From an uncultured Enterococcus sp. (GTDB lineage Bacteria > Bacillota > Bacilli > Lactobacillales > Enterococcaceae): DNA of 64,000 nucleotides. The position numbers were made by a program, and so were the translations under genes. The notes under the pieces were generated by a model, which was given only the letters and a program-made list of their open reading frames with translations, was not told where the DNA came from and ran no database searches. Position 1 is the first letter of the stretch, and every line of letters begins with the position of its first letter. The stretch is from NCBI RefSeq assembly GCF_913775425.1, contig NZ_CAJYIS010000039.1, positions 754 through 64,753 of the forward strand, written 5' to 3'. Shown one piece after another: positions 32,090 to 42,462 of this stretch.

Positions 32090-33654
32090 AGCGTACTCCA
32101 ATATTTTTTATAGTAATACATATGGACGACACCGGCACCTAATAATACTACTAGAACCAATCCTATTGGAACTAAACTATTGGGAACTAAATAGCTGACA
32201 AAGGCAACTGCACTTACCAAGATCCCTCCGATGATCAAGCCACTAAACTGCAATAAAACGAAGCCAAATGTTCCAGCTCCTCTTGAAAATAACTGTGTTA
32301 GATCGGTCCAATGACTAGAAAACAAGCGGAAGTCGCGCCAAAAATAGACTTGTGAAAAAATCGTACTGCCGATCAAGCCACCAATCATAAAGACGATCAA
32401 CAAGATCAAAGGCATATGAAAAACAAAATACGCTACGATCATCAGTAAAAAGGTGATCCCAAACTGCACGCTAAGGCCAAATAAAAATTTTTGTCGTAGA
32501 TAGTAACCAATCGAGATCGGTGTAGCATAAATATAAGGATAATTTTCTTTATCTAGTGATAAGATGATCGCAACAAGTGAAACAGGTGTAGTCACTAAAT
32601 AACTCACTAACATCCCCGCATAAACCAAAGCTGCACTATATTGAAAAGACAGACCACTTAGATCGATCGTACCACTAGCCCCAAAACTAATAAAGAAAAT
32701 GATTGGAAAGACAACCGATCCTGAGAACACTTGTAACAATAGATTTGGATCTTTGATCAACTGTAAATTGTACGACCATAATAATTTCGTCACACTTTGT
32801 GCTGGTTTAATTTTACGTGTCGGATTCCCTTCTATTGTCGAGATTTCAATCAATTCTTCGTAAAAATGAGGTAGGATAAAAAAACGTAAAATCAACGAAA
32901 GAACAAGTATTAAGACCACCATGATGCTAATAGACATCAGACTGGCTGTAGAAGTAAATTGCGTCGTAATATAAAACAACGGCATGAATAACGCAATCTT
33001 AGGGGTTTGACTGACTTCATCTAGACTACTAGAGCGATTAAAAAATAAGATCCCTACGACCACTAGACCTGTCGTAATCAGTAATAACGCTGATGTCACG
33101 ATTTTTTTGTGTTTTTTATAAAAAGAGGTCTTGGCTAATCCAAAGACGAGAATACTCGAAAGAAAATACAAGATCAATAAACAACAAATAAACAAACAAA
33201 TCCCGATACATACAGCAAAGACCACAGGCATGCCTGCACTGAGGCTACTAAGTAAAAACAAAATAAAAATCGGCAATAAAAAGGGAACGACCGCTAGACT
33301 GACTACGATCAACTTCGCGGTAAAAATCGTCCATTGTTTAAATGGCAATGGCAAATAGGCAGGAATATCTCGGCTTTCTAAAAACACATTTAAAATCGCA
33401 CTGATCGTTTGTGATAAACCTAAAAGTCCAAAAAGACCCACAAAATAAGTAAACAACTCAGGACGCTTTGAAAAATCTGTAGAAAACATGATCGCGCCAT
33501 AAATTACCGAAAAAATAATCGTGGACAATAAATACTGACTTAGGATCGAACGAACCAACGCATGACCTTGTTTGCCTTTAGCACGTCCTTTCTCAGTGAC
33601 CTGAGGATTGGCAAACAATAAATTGACCCGAATGAGTTCTTTTAATTGTTCCAT
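32086..33654 (-). CDS. ABC exporter permease, unknown substrate
   Basis: About 13-14 TM segments, internally duplicated YLPLP / YATPI pattern; follows an ABC ATPase. Confidence 0.8.
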   Translation of the reverse strand: MEQLKELIRVNLLFANPQVTEKGRAKGKQGHALVRSILSQYLLSTIIFSVIYGAIMFSTDFSKRPELFTYFVGLFGLLGLSQTISAILNVFLESRDIPAYLPLPFKQWTIFTAKLIVVSLAVVPFLLPIFILFLLSSLSAGMPVVFAVCIGICLFICCLLILYFLSSILVFGLAKTSFYKKHKKIVTSALLLITTGLVVVGILFFNRSSSLDEVSQTPKIALFMPLFYITTQFTSTASLMSISIMVVLILVLSLILRFFILPHFYEELIEISTIEGNPTRKIKPAQSVTKLLWSYNLQLIKDPNLLLQVFSGSVVFPIIFFISFGASGTIDLSGLSFQYSAALVYAGMLVSYLVTTPVSLVAIILSLDKENYPYIYATPISIGYYLRQKFLFGLSVQFGITFLLMIVAYFVFHMPLILLIVFMIGGLIGSTIFSQVYFWRDFRLFSSHWTDLTQLFSRGAGTFGFVLLQFSGLIIGGILVSAVAFVSYLVPNSLVPIGLVLVVLLGAGVVHMYYYKKYWSTL

Positions 33655-33658
33655 CTCA

Positions 33659-34393
33659 CTACACCTCGCTTGGCTCGTCTTGATGAACGAGTCCTAAATA
33701 GATCGTTTCTAGTGATTCATTAGGATAACGCTCAAGTAAAGCATCTACTGTACCATCGTATAACAAGTTTCCTTGTTTCAAAATCGCTAAACGATCACAT
33801 AACTGCTGGGCACTTTCCAATACGTGAGTAGAAAAAATAACGGTTTTACCTTTTTGTACATGCAACTTCATCATTTCTTTTAAATCAAAGGCTGCTTGTG
33901 GATCTAAGCCTTGTAGTGGTTCATCTAATATCCAAATATCAGGATCAGAGAGCAATGCTCCAATGATCATGGTTTTTTGACGCATCCCGTGTGAAAAACT
34001 CGCAATCGTTTCAGTTTGATGGTCTTGCATCGAAAAACGTGCCACAAGTTCTGGTAGGCGAGTCGCTACTTGATCTTTTGGAATCATATAGGCTGCGGCC
34101 ATTAAAGACCAATATTCATGTGCAGTTAATTGTAAAAAAAGATCTGGTGAATCAGGTACATAACCAATTTGTTTTTTGATCGTTTCGCGATTGGTCGCTA
34201 AAGGTAAACCATCGATGACGATCGTACCTGACGTTGGCTGTAAGATACTGACCAACATTTTGATCAACGTCGACTTGCCGGCACCATTGTGACCTAGTAA
34301 ACCATAGATCTCACCATTATTGATGGTCAAATCAAGGTTGCTGAGTGCTTTTTTGGGACCATATTTTTTTGATAAAGCCTGGATTTCAATCAT
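33659..34393 (-). CDS. ABC transporter ATP-binding protein
   Basis: GHNGAGKST, FSHGMRQK, LDEPLQGLDP, STH. Confidence 0.95.
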   Translation of the reverse strand: MIEIQALSKKYGPKKALSNLDLTINNGEIYGLLGHNGAGKSTLIKMLVSILQPTSGTIVIDGLPLATNRETIKKQIGYVPDSPDLFLQLTAHEYWSLMAAAYMIPKDQVATRLPELVARFSMQDHQTETIASFSHGMRQKTMIIGALLSDPDIWILDEPLQGLDPQAAFDLKEMMKLHVQKGKTVIFSTHVLESAQQLCDRLAILKQGNLLYDGTVDALLERYPNESLETIYLGLVHQDEPSEV

Positions 34394-34463
34394 GTGAACC
34401 CCTCCTTTTTCTCTATCCTCTCATATTCATCTTGATTTTGCAAAATACGTCAAAACACCACCA

Positions 34464-35351
34464 CTACTCTGCAATCAGAGCTAGTGATGGTGTTTCAAAT
34501 AAACTACGTGTTGCTTCACGAATCCGTTTGGCAACGTAAGGATTATTCATAGTATAAAGATGGATTCCATCGACGCCTTGTGCCACTAAATCAACGATTT
34601 GATCAACAGCATAGGCGATTCCAGCATCGCGAATCGCTTCTGGATTATGTTCATAACGCGCCATCATTTTTAAAAATTTTTCAGGCAAGGTCACATGTGA
34701 CATTTTGGTGATCCGCTCGATTTGTTTTTTATTGACGACCGGCATGATCCCAGCTTGGATCGGCACTTCGATCTGAGCCAAAGCACAACGTTCTAAAAAG
34801 CGGTAAAAATATTGATTGTCAAAGAAAAGCTGCGAGACCAACTGACTGGTCCCGGCTTCAACTTTTTCTTTTAAGAAACGGATATCTTCAATTGCATTTT
34901 TTGCTTCTAGATGAGTTTCTGGATAACAGGCTCCGATAATATTAAACGCGCCATGTTCTTTGATGAACGAGACTAGATCTGCCGCATGAATAAAATCGTC
35001 ACTCGTAGGCTTACCTGGTATGATGTCTCCTCTTAGCGCTAAGATATTGTCGATTTTTTTTGCTTTAAGTTGCGCTAAAATCGTCAAAATCTCCGCTTTT
35101 GTAAAATGGATCGCTGGTAAATGCGCCACACTAGGTAAAAACTGCTCCGTTTGGATCTTGTGTGCGATCTCAACTGTCTGCAAGTTTTTGACCGATCCAC
35201 CAGCACCTAATGTCACACTAATAAAATCTGGCTGCTGGCCTTTCATTCGCTCCAATGTCGTATAGATCGTATCAAGAGACGTTGTGGCTTTTGGTGGAAA
35301 GACCTCATATGAAAATACGGTCTTTTGTTGAAATAGTTGATCGGTTCGCAT
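34464..35351 (-). CDS. metF: 5,10-methylenetetrahydrofolate reductase
   Basis: SYEVFPPK, ALRGD, GACYPE.H, SQLFFDN, GIHLYTMN. Confidence 0.97.
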   Translation of the reverse strand: MRTDQLFQQKTVFSYEVFPPKATTSLDTIYTTLERMKGQQPDFISVTLGAGGSVKNLQTVEIAHKIQTEQFLPSVAHLPAIHFTKAEILTILAQLKAKKIDNILALRGDIIPGKPTSDDFIHAADLVSFIKEHGAFNIIGACYPETHLEAKNAIEDIRFLKEKVEAGTSQLVSQLFFDNQYFYRFLERCALAQIEVPIQAGIMPVVNKKQIERITKMSHVTLPEKFLKMMARYEHNPEAIRDAGIAYAVDQIVDLVAQGVDGIHLYTMNNPYVAKRIREATRSLFETPSLALIAE

Positions 35352-37608
35352 CGTATTCCTCCCTTTTTTGCACAGCAGCAGTCACTAAATGACGCAGACT
35401 AGCATACGTTTCGGCTTCATGCCGTGTTTTTAGACCACAATCAGGATTGATCCATACTTGAGAGATCGGCAATTTTGCTAAAATCTGATCGATCGTTGTT
35501 TCCATTTCTGCTACTGTGGGAATGCGTGGTGAATGAATATCATAGATACCTGGCCCCACTTGTGTTTTAAAATCCTGATCACGTAAGGCATCTAAAATCG
35601 CCAAATTCGAGCGTGATGCTTCAAATGAAATCACATCTGCATCCATTTGATCGATTTCACGAATGATATCTGTGAATTCGCTATAACACATATGCGTATG
35701 GATCTGTGTTTCAGGCTGTACTTGACTATGCACTAGACGAAAAGCCGGAATCGCCCACTCGAGGTATTGACTATGCCAATCGCTTTTTCGTAGTGGTAAT
35801 TTTTCACGTAACGCTGCTTCATCGATTTGAATGATCTTTATCCCTTTTTCTTCTAGCTCTAAGACTTCTTCTTGGATCGCTAAAGCAAGTTGTAGCGTTG
35901 CTTCTTTTAATGAAATGTCTTCACGTGGAAAAGACCAATTTAAAATCGTGACCGGTCCCGTCAACATTCCTTTGACCGGTTTATCTGTCAGCGACTGTGC
36001 GTACACCGTCTCTGCTACTGTCAAAGACCGTTTGCGATAAATATCCCCCCAAATAATAGGTGGCTTGACACATCTCGTGCCATAAGATTGAACCCAAGCT
36101 TTTTTGGTAAAGACATATCCTGCAAGTTGTTCTCCAAAATATTCAACCATATCATTGCGTTCAAATTCACCATGGACTAATACATCTAAACCAATCTCTT
36201 CTTGAAATGCGATACACTCCGCAATTTTTTTAGCGATCCGTTGTTGATAGTCTTCTAGTGTTAACTCGCCTTTTTTATACGTTGCCCGCCATTGCTTGAC
36301 CTCTTTGGTTTGTGGAAATGAACCGATCGTAGTCGTAGGCAATAAAGGCAGTGCTAAACGAGATTTTTGAAGTGTTGCTCGCACTGCTAATTCAGGTAAA
36401 CGCTTGAAATCAGCTGACGTGAGATTTGCGATCCACTGAGATACTTCTGGATTTTTTACAAAGCGCTGTGTCGCAAACAATGCTTGATTACGAGTCACAT
36501 AGGTCTCTTTTCCTGTTGTAAAATAAGCTTTTAATTCTGCTAATTCTGTTAGTTTTTCAAGAGCAAATGCAAAGTGTCGGCTGATCGTTTCGGGTAATTG
36601 AGGTTCATTCGTTAACGTATAGGGTACATGTAGCAATGAACAAGATGTCGACAAAATTACTTTCGCTTTATTTTGCAAGCGCTCGATGGTTGGAATTGTT
36701 TTTTGATATTCATTGCGCCAAATATTTTTGCCATTGACCACTCCTGCAACTAACCATTTATCCTCAGGAAAACCAAATCGTTCGATCAATTCAAGATTTT
36801 TACGTCCCTCGACAAAATCCAGACCGATTCCTGCGACTGGTAAAGCCGTCAAGGTTTCATAAAGATCACGAACGTCACCAAAATACGTTTGAATCAAAAT
36901 CTTCGGTCCCACGTGTCCAGCCAAAAGCGCTTCGTATAACGCTTGGATCGCCTGCTGCTCTGCCAAAGATAAATCAAAGACAAATGCCGGTTCGTCGATT
37001 TGGATCCACTCACAACCAAGCGCCTCTATTTTTTGGAAAAGCTCACGATATGCTTGGATCAGTTCAGGATAGATCGCTTGTTTATCCTTATTGCCAGTGT
37101 AATTTGCTAAATTTGCTAAAGTATAAGGACCCACGATCGTCGGCCGTGTGTTGATCCCAAGTTCATTTGCTTCTTTGATTTGATCAAATAAGCGGGTTCC
37201 ACTGACTTTGATATTTGTAGCATCTTCGATTTCTGGAACCATATAATGGTAATTTGTGTTAAACCATTTTTTCATCGCAAGTGCGGTCACATCCCCTTTT
37301 TCTCCTTGATACCCTCTTGCCATCGCAAAATATGTCTCCAGTTCTGTCAGTCCTAATTGTCGATATTTTTGCGGAATGATGTTAAATAATGTTGCTGTAT
37401 CTAATACCGTATCAAAAAATGAAAAATCACCACTTGGTATAAAATCTAGACCTTCTGCTTTTAATCGCTGCCAATGTGTCTTCCGCAGCGCTCTAGCCGT
37501 TTCTTCCAATTCTTGCTCAGTTAGTTCTTGACGAAAGTAACGTTCAGTACTAAATTTTAACTCCCGGTGCTCTCCAATTCTTGGAAATCCAACGATCGAT
37601 GTTTTCAT
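35305..37608 (-). CDS. metE: Cobalamin-independent methionine synthase
   Basis: KWFNTNYHY, PTTTIGSFPQT, HGEFERNDMVEYF, HTHMCYSEF, WINPDCGLKTR. Confidence 0.98.
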   Translation of the reverse strand: MKTSIVGFPRIGEHRELKFSTERYFRQELTEQELEETARALRKTHWQRLKAEGLDFIPSGDFSFFDTVLDTATLFNIIPQKYRQLGLTELETYFAMARGYQGEKGDVTALAMKKWFNTNYHYMVPEIEDATNIKVSGTRLFDQIKEANELGINTRPTIVGPYTLANLANYTGNKDKQAIYPELIQAYRELFQKIEALGCEWIQIDEPAFVFDLSLAEQQAIQALYEALLAGHVGPKILIQTYFGDVRDLYETLTALPVAGIGLDFVEGRKNLELIERFGFPEDKWLVAGVVNGKNIWRNEYQKTIPTIERLQNKAKVILSTSCSLLHVPYTLTNEPQLPETISRHFAFALEKLTELAELKAYFTTGKETYVTRNQALFATQRFVKNPEVSQWIANLTSADFKRLPELAVRATLQKSRLALPLLPTTTIGSFPQTKEVKQWRATYKKGELTLEDYQQRIAKKIAECIAFQEEIGLDVLVHGEFERNDMVEYFGEQLAGYVFTKKAWVQSYGTRCVKPPIIWGDIYRKRSLTVAETVYAQSLTDKPVKGMLTGPVTILNWSFPREDISLKEATLQLALAIQEEVLELEEKGIKIIQIDEAALREKLPLRKSDWHSQYLEWAIPAFRLVHSQVQPETQIHTHMCYSEFTDIIREIDQMDADVISFEASRSNLAILDALRDQDFKTQVGPGIYDIHSPRIPTVAEMETTIDQILAKLPISQVWINPDCGLKTRHEAETYASLRHLVTAAVQKREEYDANRSTISTKDRIFI

Positions 37609-37688
37609 AAATGCTCCCCCTTAAAGATAGTGACCCTACTGTATCACGGCAAAACTATATAGGATAACTCTTAAATTTTATGAGTTGT

Positions 37689-37705
37689 TATAGTTTAAAT
37701 TTATA
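37689..37705. promoter_or_regulatory. Probable MetR/MtaR box
   Basis: TATAGTTTAAATTTATA resembles the TATAGTT-N-CTATA MET box; upstream of metE, with no T-box or SAM riboswitch visible. Confidence 0.5.
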
Positions 37706-37795
37706 TTTCGGGTTATTTATGCTTCTTTTAAGTTATTTTTGGTATAGTAGAGTAGATAGGAATTTATGTAAAAAATAGAAAAAGGAGCGTGTATC

Positions 37796-38821
37796 ATGCC
37801 TGTCTTAGATCAAACCAATAAACAAGCAGTACAAGCGTATCAAACCTTCGTAAATACTTCGCCATTTGGTCAAATCACTCAAAATATCGCTTGGCAAGCA
37901 GTCAAAGAAAACTGGGAAGGGCTTTATGTCTATGTCGAAGAAGCGGGGCGTATCATCGCAGCGGCTTCGATTTTGATCGGCCAAGGTCCAGAAGGAAGTC
38001 GTTTTGCGTATTGTACAAAAGGACCGGTAATGGATATGCAAGATATCTCGTTATTTAATCAACTTGTTACAGAGTGCAAAAAAGCCTTACCTGAAGATGT
38101 CTATCTTCTTAAATTTGATCCAGAGATTAAATATGATGAAGAATTGATCCAATCCCTCACAGATGCTGGCTATGTAATCTTGAGTCGAAATATTGAAGCA
38201 CTTGGGATGCACGGAACGATCCAACCGCGATTGAATATGGTGATCCATTTTGATAAATGTGAAACAAGACCGACTTCATTACATGATCTTGTTCCTTCTA
38301 AGATCAAAAATAAGTTGAAAAAAGCGGTCAAAGATGGTGTCGAAGTCACTTATGGTAATGGTGTAGAAGAACTAGAGGCATTTTATACTTCTTATGAAAC
38401 AATGAGTAAGCGTCATGGAATCAGTTATCGTCCAAAAGTCTACTTTGAACAGATGCAAAAAGCCTTTCCAGGAACAGAACAGATGCGGATTTACTTAGCA
38501 AAAAAAGATGGCGAATTGCTCTCCACTGGTGTGGCGTTTAAAGCTGGTGACAAAATTTGGTACATGTACGCAGGTTCCATGGATACGTTGTTATATAATG
38601 CACCATATGCCGTGCAAGAAGCAATGGTACAATGGGCGATAGACGCGAACTGCGCGCGTTATGACATGGGGGGAATCGAAGCTGAATCAACTGAAGATGG
38701 CTTGTATACCTTCAAGCGTAACTTTGTGCGCGAAGGAGCAGTCGAATATTTAGGTGAAATCGATGTCGTATTAGATCAAAAACTATACGATAAAGTCTAT
38801 CAAGAAAAATATAACCAATAA
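37796..38821 (+). CDS. FemABX aminoacyltransferase, Weissella FemX type (no coiled-coil)
   Basis: 341 aa; KGPVMD, FDPE, GMHGTIQPRLNMV, IWYMYAGS, APYAVQ, YDMGGIE motifs as recalled for W. viridescens FemX. Confidence 0.85.
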   Translation: MPVLDQTNKQAVQAYQTFVNTSPFGQITQNIAWQAVKENWEGLYVYVEEAGRIIAAASILIGQGPEGSRFAYCTKGPVMDMQDISLFNQLVTECKKALPEDVYLLKFDPEIKYDEELIQSLTDAGYVILSRNIEALGMHGTIQPRLNMVIHFDKCETRPTSLHDLVPSKIKNKLKKAVKDGVEVTYGNGVEELEAFYTSYETMSKRHGISYRPKVYFEQMQKAFPGTEQMRIYLAKKDGELLSTGVAFKAGDKIWYMYAGSMDTLLYNAPYAVQEAMVQWAIDANCARYDMGGIEAESTEDGLYTFKRNFVREGAVEYLGEIDVVLDQKLYDKVYQEKYNQ

Positions 38822-38825
38822 AAAA

Positions 38826-38987
38826 GAGGCTGTGACAGAAGTGGATCACTTCAAGAAATAAGCCAAATAATTCCGACAATAGGTTCACCTATTTCGGTAA
38901 TTATTTGGCTTATTTCCGAAGGAGTTACTTCTGGAACACCATTTATTCTATTTCTAAAAGGGTGTGAAAGACTTTTGTCACACCCCC
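38826..38987 (+). repeat. Dispersed structured intergenic repeat, copy 2 (complete)
   Basis: Ends GAGGCTGTGACAGAAGT...ACTTTTGTCACACCCC; internal perfect 17-bp stem at 38856-38915. Confidence 0.9.
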
Positions 38988-39025
38988 TTTTCATATAAAA
39001 GACGTGTAACTGTCCGCGACTCATT

Positions 39026-39877
39026 TTACGTTGTTTTCAATTTTGCGATTCGTTCGCGTACTTTATGGATCGATTGTTTCGAAGCATTTTGCCGTTCGAA
39101 CATGAATATCACATAAAGTGAATCTAAGATACTCAGCTGAGCGATGCGTGAAGATAACGCTTCTGAACGAAATTCAGTCTCTTCAGCGATTGAAACAAAT
39201 ACTGCATCCCCTAATAAAGCCAGTGGCGACTGCTTTGAACTAGTCAATACGATCAACTTAGCTCCGACTTCCTTAGCTGCTTGTGCAATTTCGATGGTCT
39301 CTTTTGAACGACCAGTATGTGAGATCAACACTGCACACTCATTTGGCTTCATCAAAGAAGCTTCCATTAACTGGATGTGATAATCCGTGCTATGATGGAC
39401 GCGAATTGGTGCTCGTAAAAATTTATGGTATGCATCTGTTGCTACAATCTCAGAACCTCCTACGCCAAAAAAATAGACGGCTTCGGCTGCTTTCAAATAA
39501 CTCAACGCTTGTGCTAATGATTCTTGATCTAAAAATTTTCGCGTATCTAAAAGCGTTGCGATATTCGTGTCAAAGACTTTTTGCGCTTTGACGAGTAGGC
39601 TATCACTATCGTAAATATTCTCATGGATCACAACTTCTGCTTCACTGCGTCCTTGCGTCAAGAGCGCTAATTTAAAATCTTTAAAGCCTTGATAACCTAA
39701 TTTACGTGTAAATTGAAAAATCGTGGATGGAGCAATCGCCAACGTTTCCGATAGTTCACTAATAGAATTGCTTCCGACATCGACAGGATGCTCTAAAATA
39801 AAATCCGCGATTTTCTTTTCTTTTTCGCTAAGATTTGTATAGATCGATTTGATACTCAAGCGAATGGAATCACTCAT
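39026..39877 (-). CDS. RpiR/MurR family regulator (HTH + SIS)
   Basis: LSEKEKKIADFIL, KLGYQGFKDFK, FGVGGS, ISHTGRS, SSRIAQL. Start corrected to ATG 39877 behind AGGAGG. Confidence 0.92.
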   Translation of the reverse strand: MSDSIRLSIKSIYTNLSEKEKKIADFILEHPVDVGSNSISELSETLAIAPSTIFQFTRKLGYQGFKDFKLALLTQGRSEAEVVIHENIYDSDSLLVKAQKVFDTNIATLLDTRKFLDQESLAQALSYLKAAEAVYFFGVGGSEIVATDAYHKFLRAPIRVHHSTDYHIQLMEASLMKPNECAVLISHTGRSKETIEIAQAAKEVGAKLIVLTSSKQSPLALLGDAVFVSIAEETEFRSEALSSRIAQLSILDSLYVIFMFERQNASKQSIHKVRERIAKLKTT

Positions 39878-40024
39878 ACGTCCCCTCCTGTTCCTATAGC
39901 GCTTATTGTTTACTATTGCTAGCATTGTAACCAAGTTTGGCTTAAAGGTCCAAGATAACGATAGTTTTTTTATTAAAAAAAGATCCAAAAGCTCTACAAG
40001 AATGTAAACCTTTTGCACCTTTTT

Positions 40025-40732
40025 TTAAACAAACTGTTGTTGCATAAAAGCCGTTGCCTGTGCTAAATCAGCAAATTCAAATGTTGGTTGGGCTTTTTTT
40101 TGTTCAAATTTCGTCGTATCTACAGCCACTTTCCCCTGATAAGTAGGTAGATCCGTAAGATCATCCGGAATCAAAATCGAGCGTAACTGAGCACGATTGG
40201 CAGCAGTAATTCCCACGATCGAATCTTCAAATACGATCGCTTCTTCTTTTGAAACCCCACTTTTAGCCAATGCGCGTAGAAAAATCTCAGGATCGGGTTT
40301 TCCATGAGTCACTTCTTCACCACTTACGATATCATCGATATATGTCGTAATATTCTCGAGTGCTAAATAGCGTTCTATTTGACTATTTAAATTAGAAGAA
40401 GCGACAATGACCTTGATATCCTGTGCTTTTGCATAATCCAGTAAAGTGCGTAACCCTTTTTTGGTATATACTCGTTGTTGCTTTTGAAGTAAATTTTCTT
40501 TTTCCTCGATCATCGTCTTACGCCACTTTTCGATAGGTTGATCTTCGCCATACAATTGTTTCATTTTTTCCAAAATCGCTGGATGCGTACGTCCGGTGAG
40601 ATCGTAGTATACATCTGGAGTCATTTGGTAATCATAACGTTTGGCAGATAACAGATAGGCCTCGTACGCTAAACGCCCTGTATCAAACATTAATCCATCC
40701 ATATCTAAAATAACTGCTGCTAATTTACGCAT
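40025..40732 (-). CDS. HAD family phosphatase
   Basis: DMDGLMFDT, SS, GKPDPEIF, FEDS motifs. Confidence 0.9.
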   Translation of the reverse strand: MRKLAAVILDMDGLMFDTGRLAYEAYLLSAKRYDYQMTPDVYYDLTGRTHPAILEKMKQLYGEDQPIEKWRKTMIEEKENLLQKQQRVYTKKGLRTLLDYAKAQDIKVIVASSNLNSQIERYLALENITTYIDDIVSGEEVTHGKPDPEIFLRALAKSGVSKEEAIVFEDSIVGITAANRAQLRSILIPDDLTDLPTYQGKVAVDTTKFEQKKAQPTFEFADLAQATAFMQQQFV

Positions 40733-40742
40733 ATGCTCTCCT

Positions 40743-41387
40743 TTACGGTTTGTGGATCTGTTTCAATAAAGTCGATAGATAATATTCGCCATGATCTGGT
40801 GTAGCAAGAACTTTATCTGAGATAATAAACGAGCCCCCGACAGCGACCACGCCATCTGTTTGTAAATAATCAAGGTAATTGGTCTGGTCGATTCCACCTG
40901 TCGGGATAAACGATACATCATAAAATGGTCCTCTTAAACTTTGAATGGCTTCTAGTCCGCCATAGAGATGTGCTGGGAAAAATTTGACTGTCGATATCCC
41001 ATGATCGACAGCTATCTGAATCTCAGAAGGTGTTGCAACACCAGGATAGATCGAGATTTGTTGTTGTTTTGCATAGTCGACTACTTCTGGTATGATTGCT
41101 GGCGAGACTAAAAACGTTGCCCCTGCTGCAACAGCTGCTTGCGCTTGTGCTAGCGTTCTTACTGTCCCAGCACCGACGATCAGCTGCTGACGTTTGGCTA
41201 AATAAGTAATGGCAGCCAAAGCCGAAGATGAACGCAACGTGATTTCAATAATAGGCAATCCGCATGCGAGTAAAACGGCTTCTAAATCAGGCAATCTATC
41301 AAGATCATGAGGTGTATATAAAGGCAATAAGCGCGTGTGGTTTAAGACTTCTGTTACAGCATCTGCTTTGGATTTTACTAACATCAA
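40743..41387 (-). CDS. eda: KDPG/KHG aldolase
   Basis: IEITLRS, GAGTV, KFFPA, FIPTGGI. Confidence 0.93.
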   Translation of the reverse strand: MMLVKSKADAVTEVLNHTRLLPLYTPHDLDRLPDLEAVLLACGLPIIEITLRSSSALAAITYLAKRQQLIVGAGTVRTLAQAQAAVAAGATFLVSPAIIPEVVDYAKQQQISIYPGVATPSEIQIAVDHGISTVKFFPAHLYGGLEAIQSLRGPFYDVSFIPTGGIDQTNYLDYLQTDGVVAVGGSFIISDKVLATPDHGEYYLSTLLKQIHKP

Positions 41388-42448
41388 AGTCCTCCTTTTA
41401 AAATCGCTTCATGTAATCCTTGTAAATAACTGATTCCTAATGCGCGATCATACAGACCATAGCCTGGCATTGCGACTTCATCCCAAATCGTACGTCCATG
41501 ATCTGGACGAATAACACCATCAAAACCTTGTTCCATCAAAGCTTTCATAATCGCATACATATCTAGAGATCCTTGTGTCGATAGATGAGCGGATTCTTTA
41601 AAATGCTGCTCACCCAAATAAGCGACATTGCGAAAATGGACGAAATGAATTCGTTCACCTACTTGTTTGATCATGTCGACTAAATCATTATTCGGATCAG
41701 CACCCAAAGATCCCGTACAAAAAGTCAACCCATGATAAGGAGAGTCGACCAAGTTTAAAATCGTCTGCAAATCCGTTAAATTTTTCGTGATCCGGGGTAG
41801 ACCAAATAATTCCCAAGGCGGATCATCCGGATGGATCGCCATTTTCACACGAACTTCTTCACACACAGGTATGATTCTCGTTAAAAAGTAGCGCAGATTT
41901 TCTAAAAGATCTGCTTCCGTCACGTCTTGATACAATGCAAATAATTCATCAAATTTTTTTAAACGTTCTGCTTCCCAACCAGGCAATTTAAATCCTCGTG
42001 ATTGACTATGGATCAATTGATACATTTGGCTAGGTTCCATTTGATTAACGACAGCTTGATCATAGACTAGTGAAAAACTCCCATCTTGATTTTCATAGAA
42101 TAGATCGGTTTTTGCCCATCCAAAAATCGGTTTGAAACTATAACAGATCAAATGAATCCCACAGGCAGCCAAATTTCGGATCGTTTGGATATAGTTGTCG
42201 ATATAGTCATCCCGTTTAGCAGTGCCTGCTTTGATCGCATCATGGACTGCTACGCTTTCAATTCCTAAAACGGTCAGATTTTTCTTAGCTGCTTGCGCTT
42301 GTAAGGCTTGGATCTCTGAAATTTCCCAAACCGTTCCCGGCAATTTTCCTAATAATGTTCCGATAACACCATTGATCCCAGGTATTTGGGCGACATGTTC
42401 GATTGGGATCGAATCTTGTTTGCCATACCATCTAAATCCCCACTGCAT
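41384..42448 (-). CDS. uxuA: Mannonate dehydratase family (probably acting in gluconate catabolism)
   Basis: FRWYG..D, IESV.VH..IK, IHPDDPP, FCTGS.G, RPDHG, YDRALG. Confidence 0.92.
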   Translation of the reverse strand: MQWGFRWYGKQDSIPIEHVAQIPGINGVIGTLLGKLPGTVWEISEIQALQAQAAKKNLTVLGIESVAVHDAIKAGTAKRDDYIDNYIQTIRNLAACGIHLICYSFKPIFGWAKTDLFYENQDGSFSLVYDQAVVNQMEPSQMYQLIHSQSRGFKLPGWEAERLKKFDELFALYQDVTEADLLENLRYFLTRIIPVCEEVRVKMAIHPDDPPWELFGLPRITKNLTDLQTILNLVDSPYHGLTFCTGSLGADPNNDLVDMIKQVGERIHFVHFRNVAYLGEQHFKESAHLSTQGSLDMYAIMKALMEQGFDGVIRPDHGRTIWDEVAMPGYGLYDRALGISYLQGLHEAILKGGL

Positions 42449-42462
42449 ACTCCATCCTCCTT

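Noticed and set aside
35305-35351. 47-nt overlap of metE and metF suggesting a frameshift
   Set aside because: Both proteins are complete, with all motifs, and metF has a good RBS; a short C-terminal extension is harmless.
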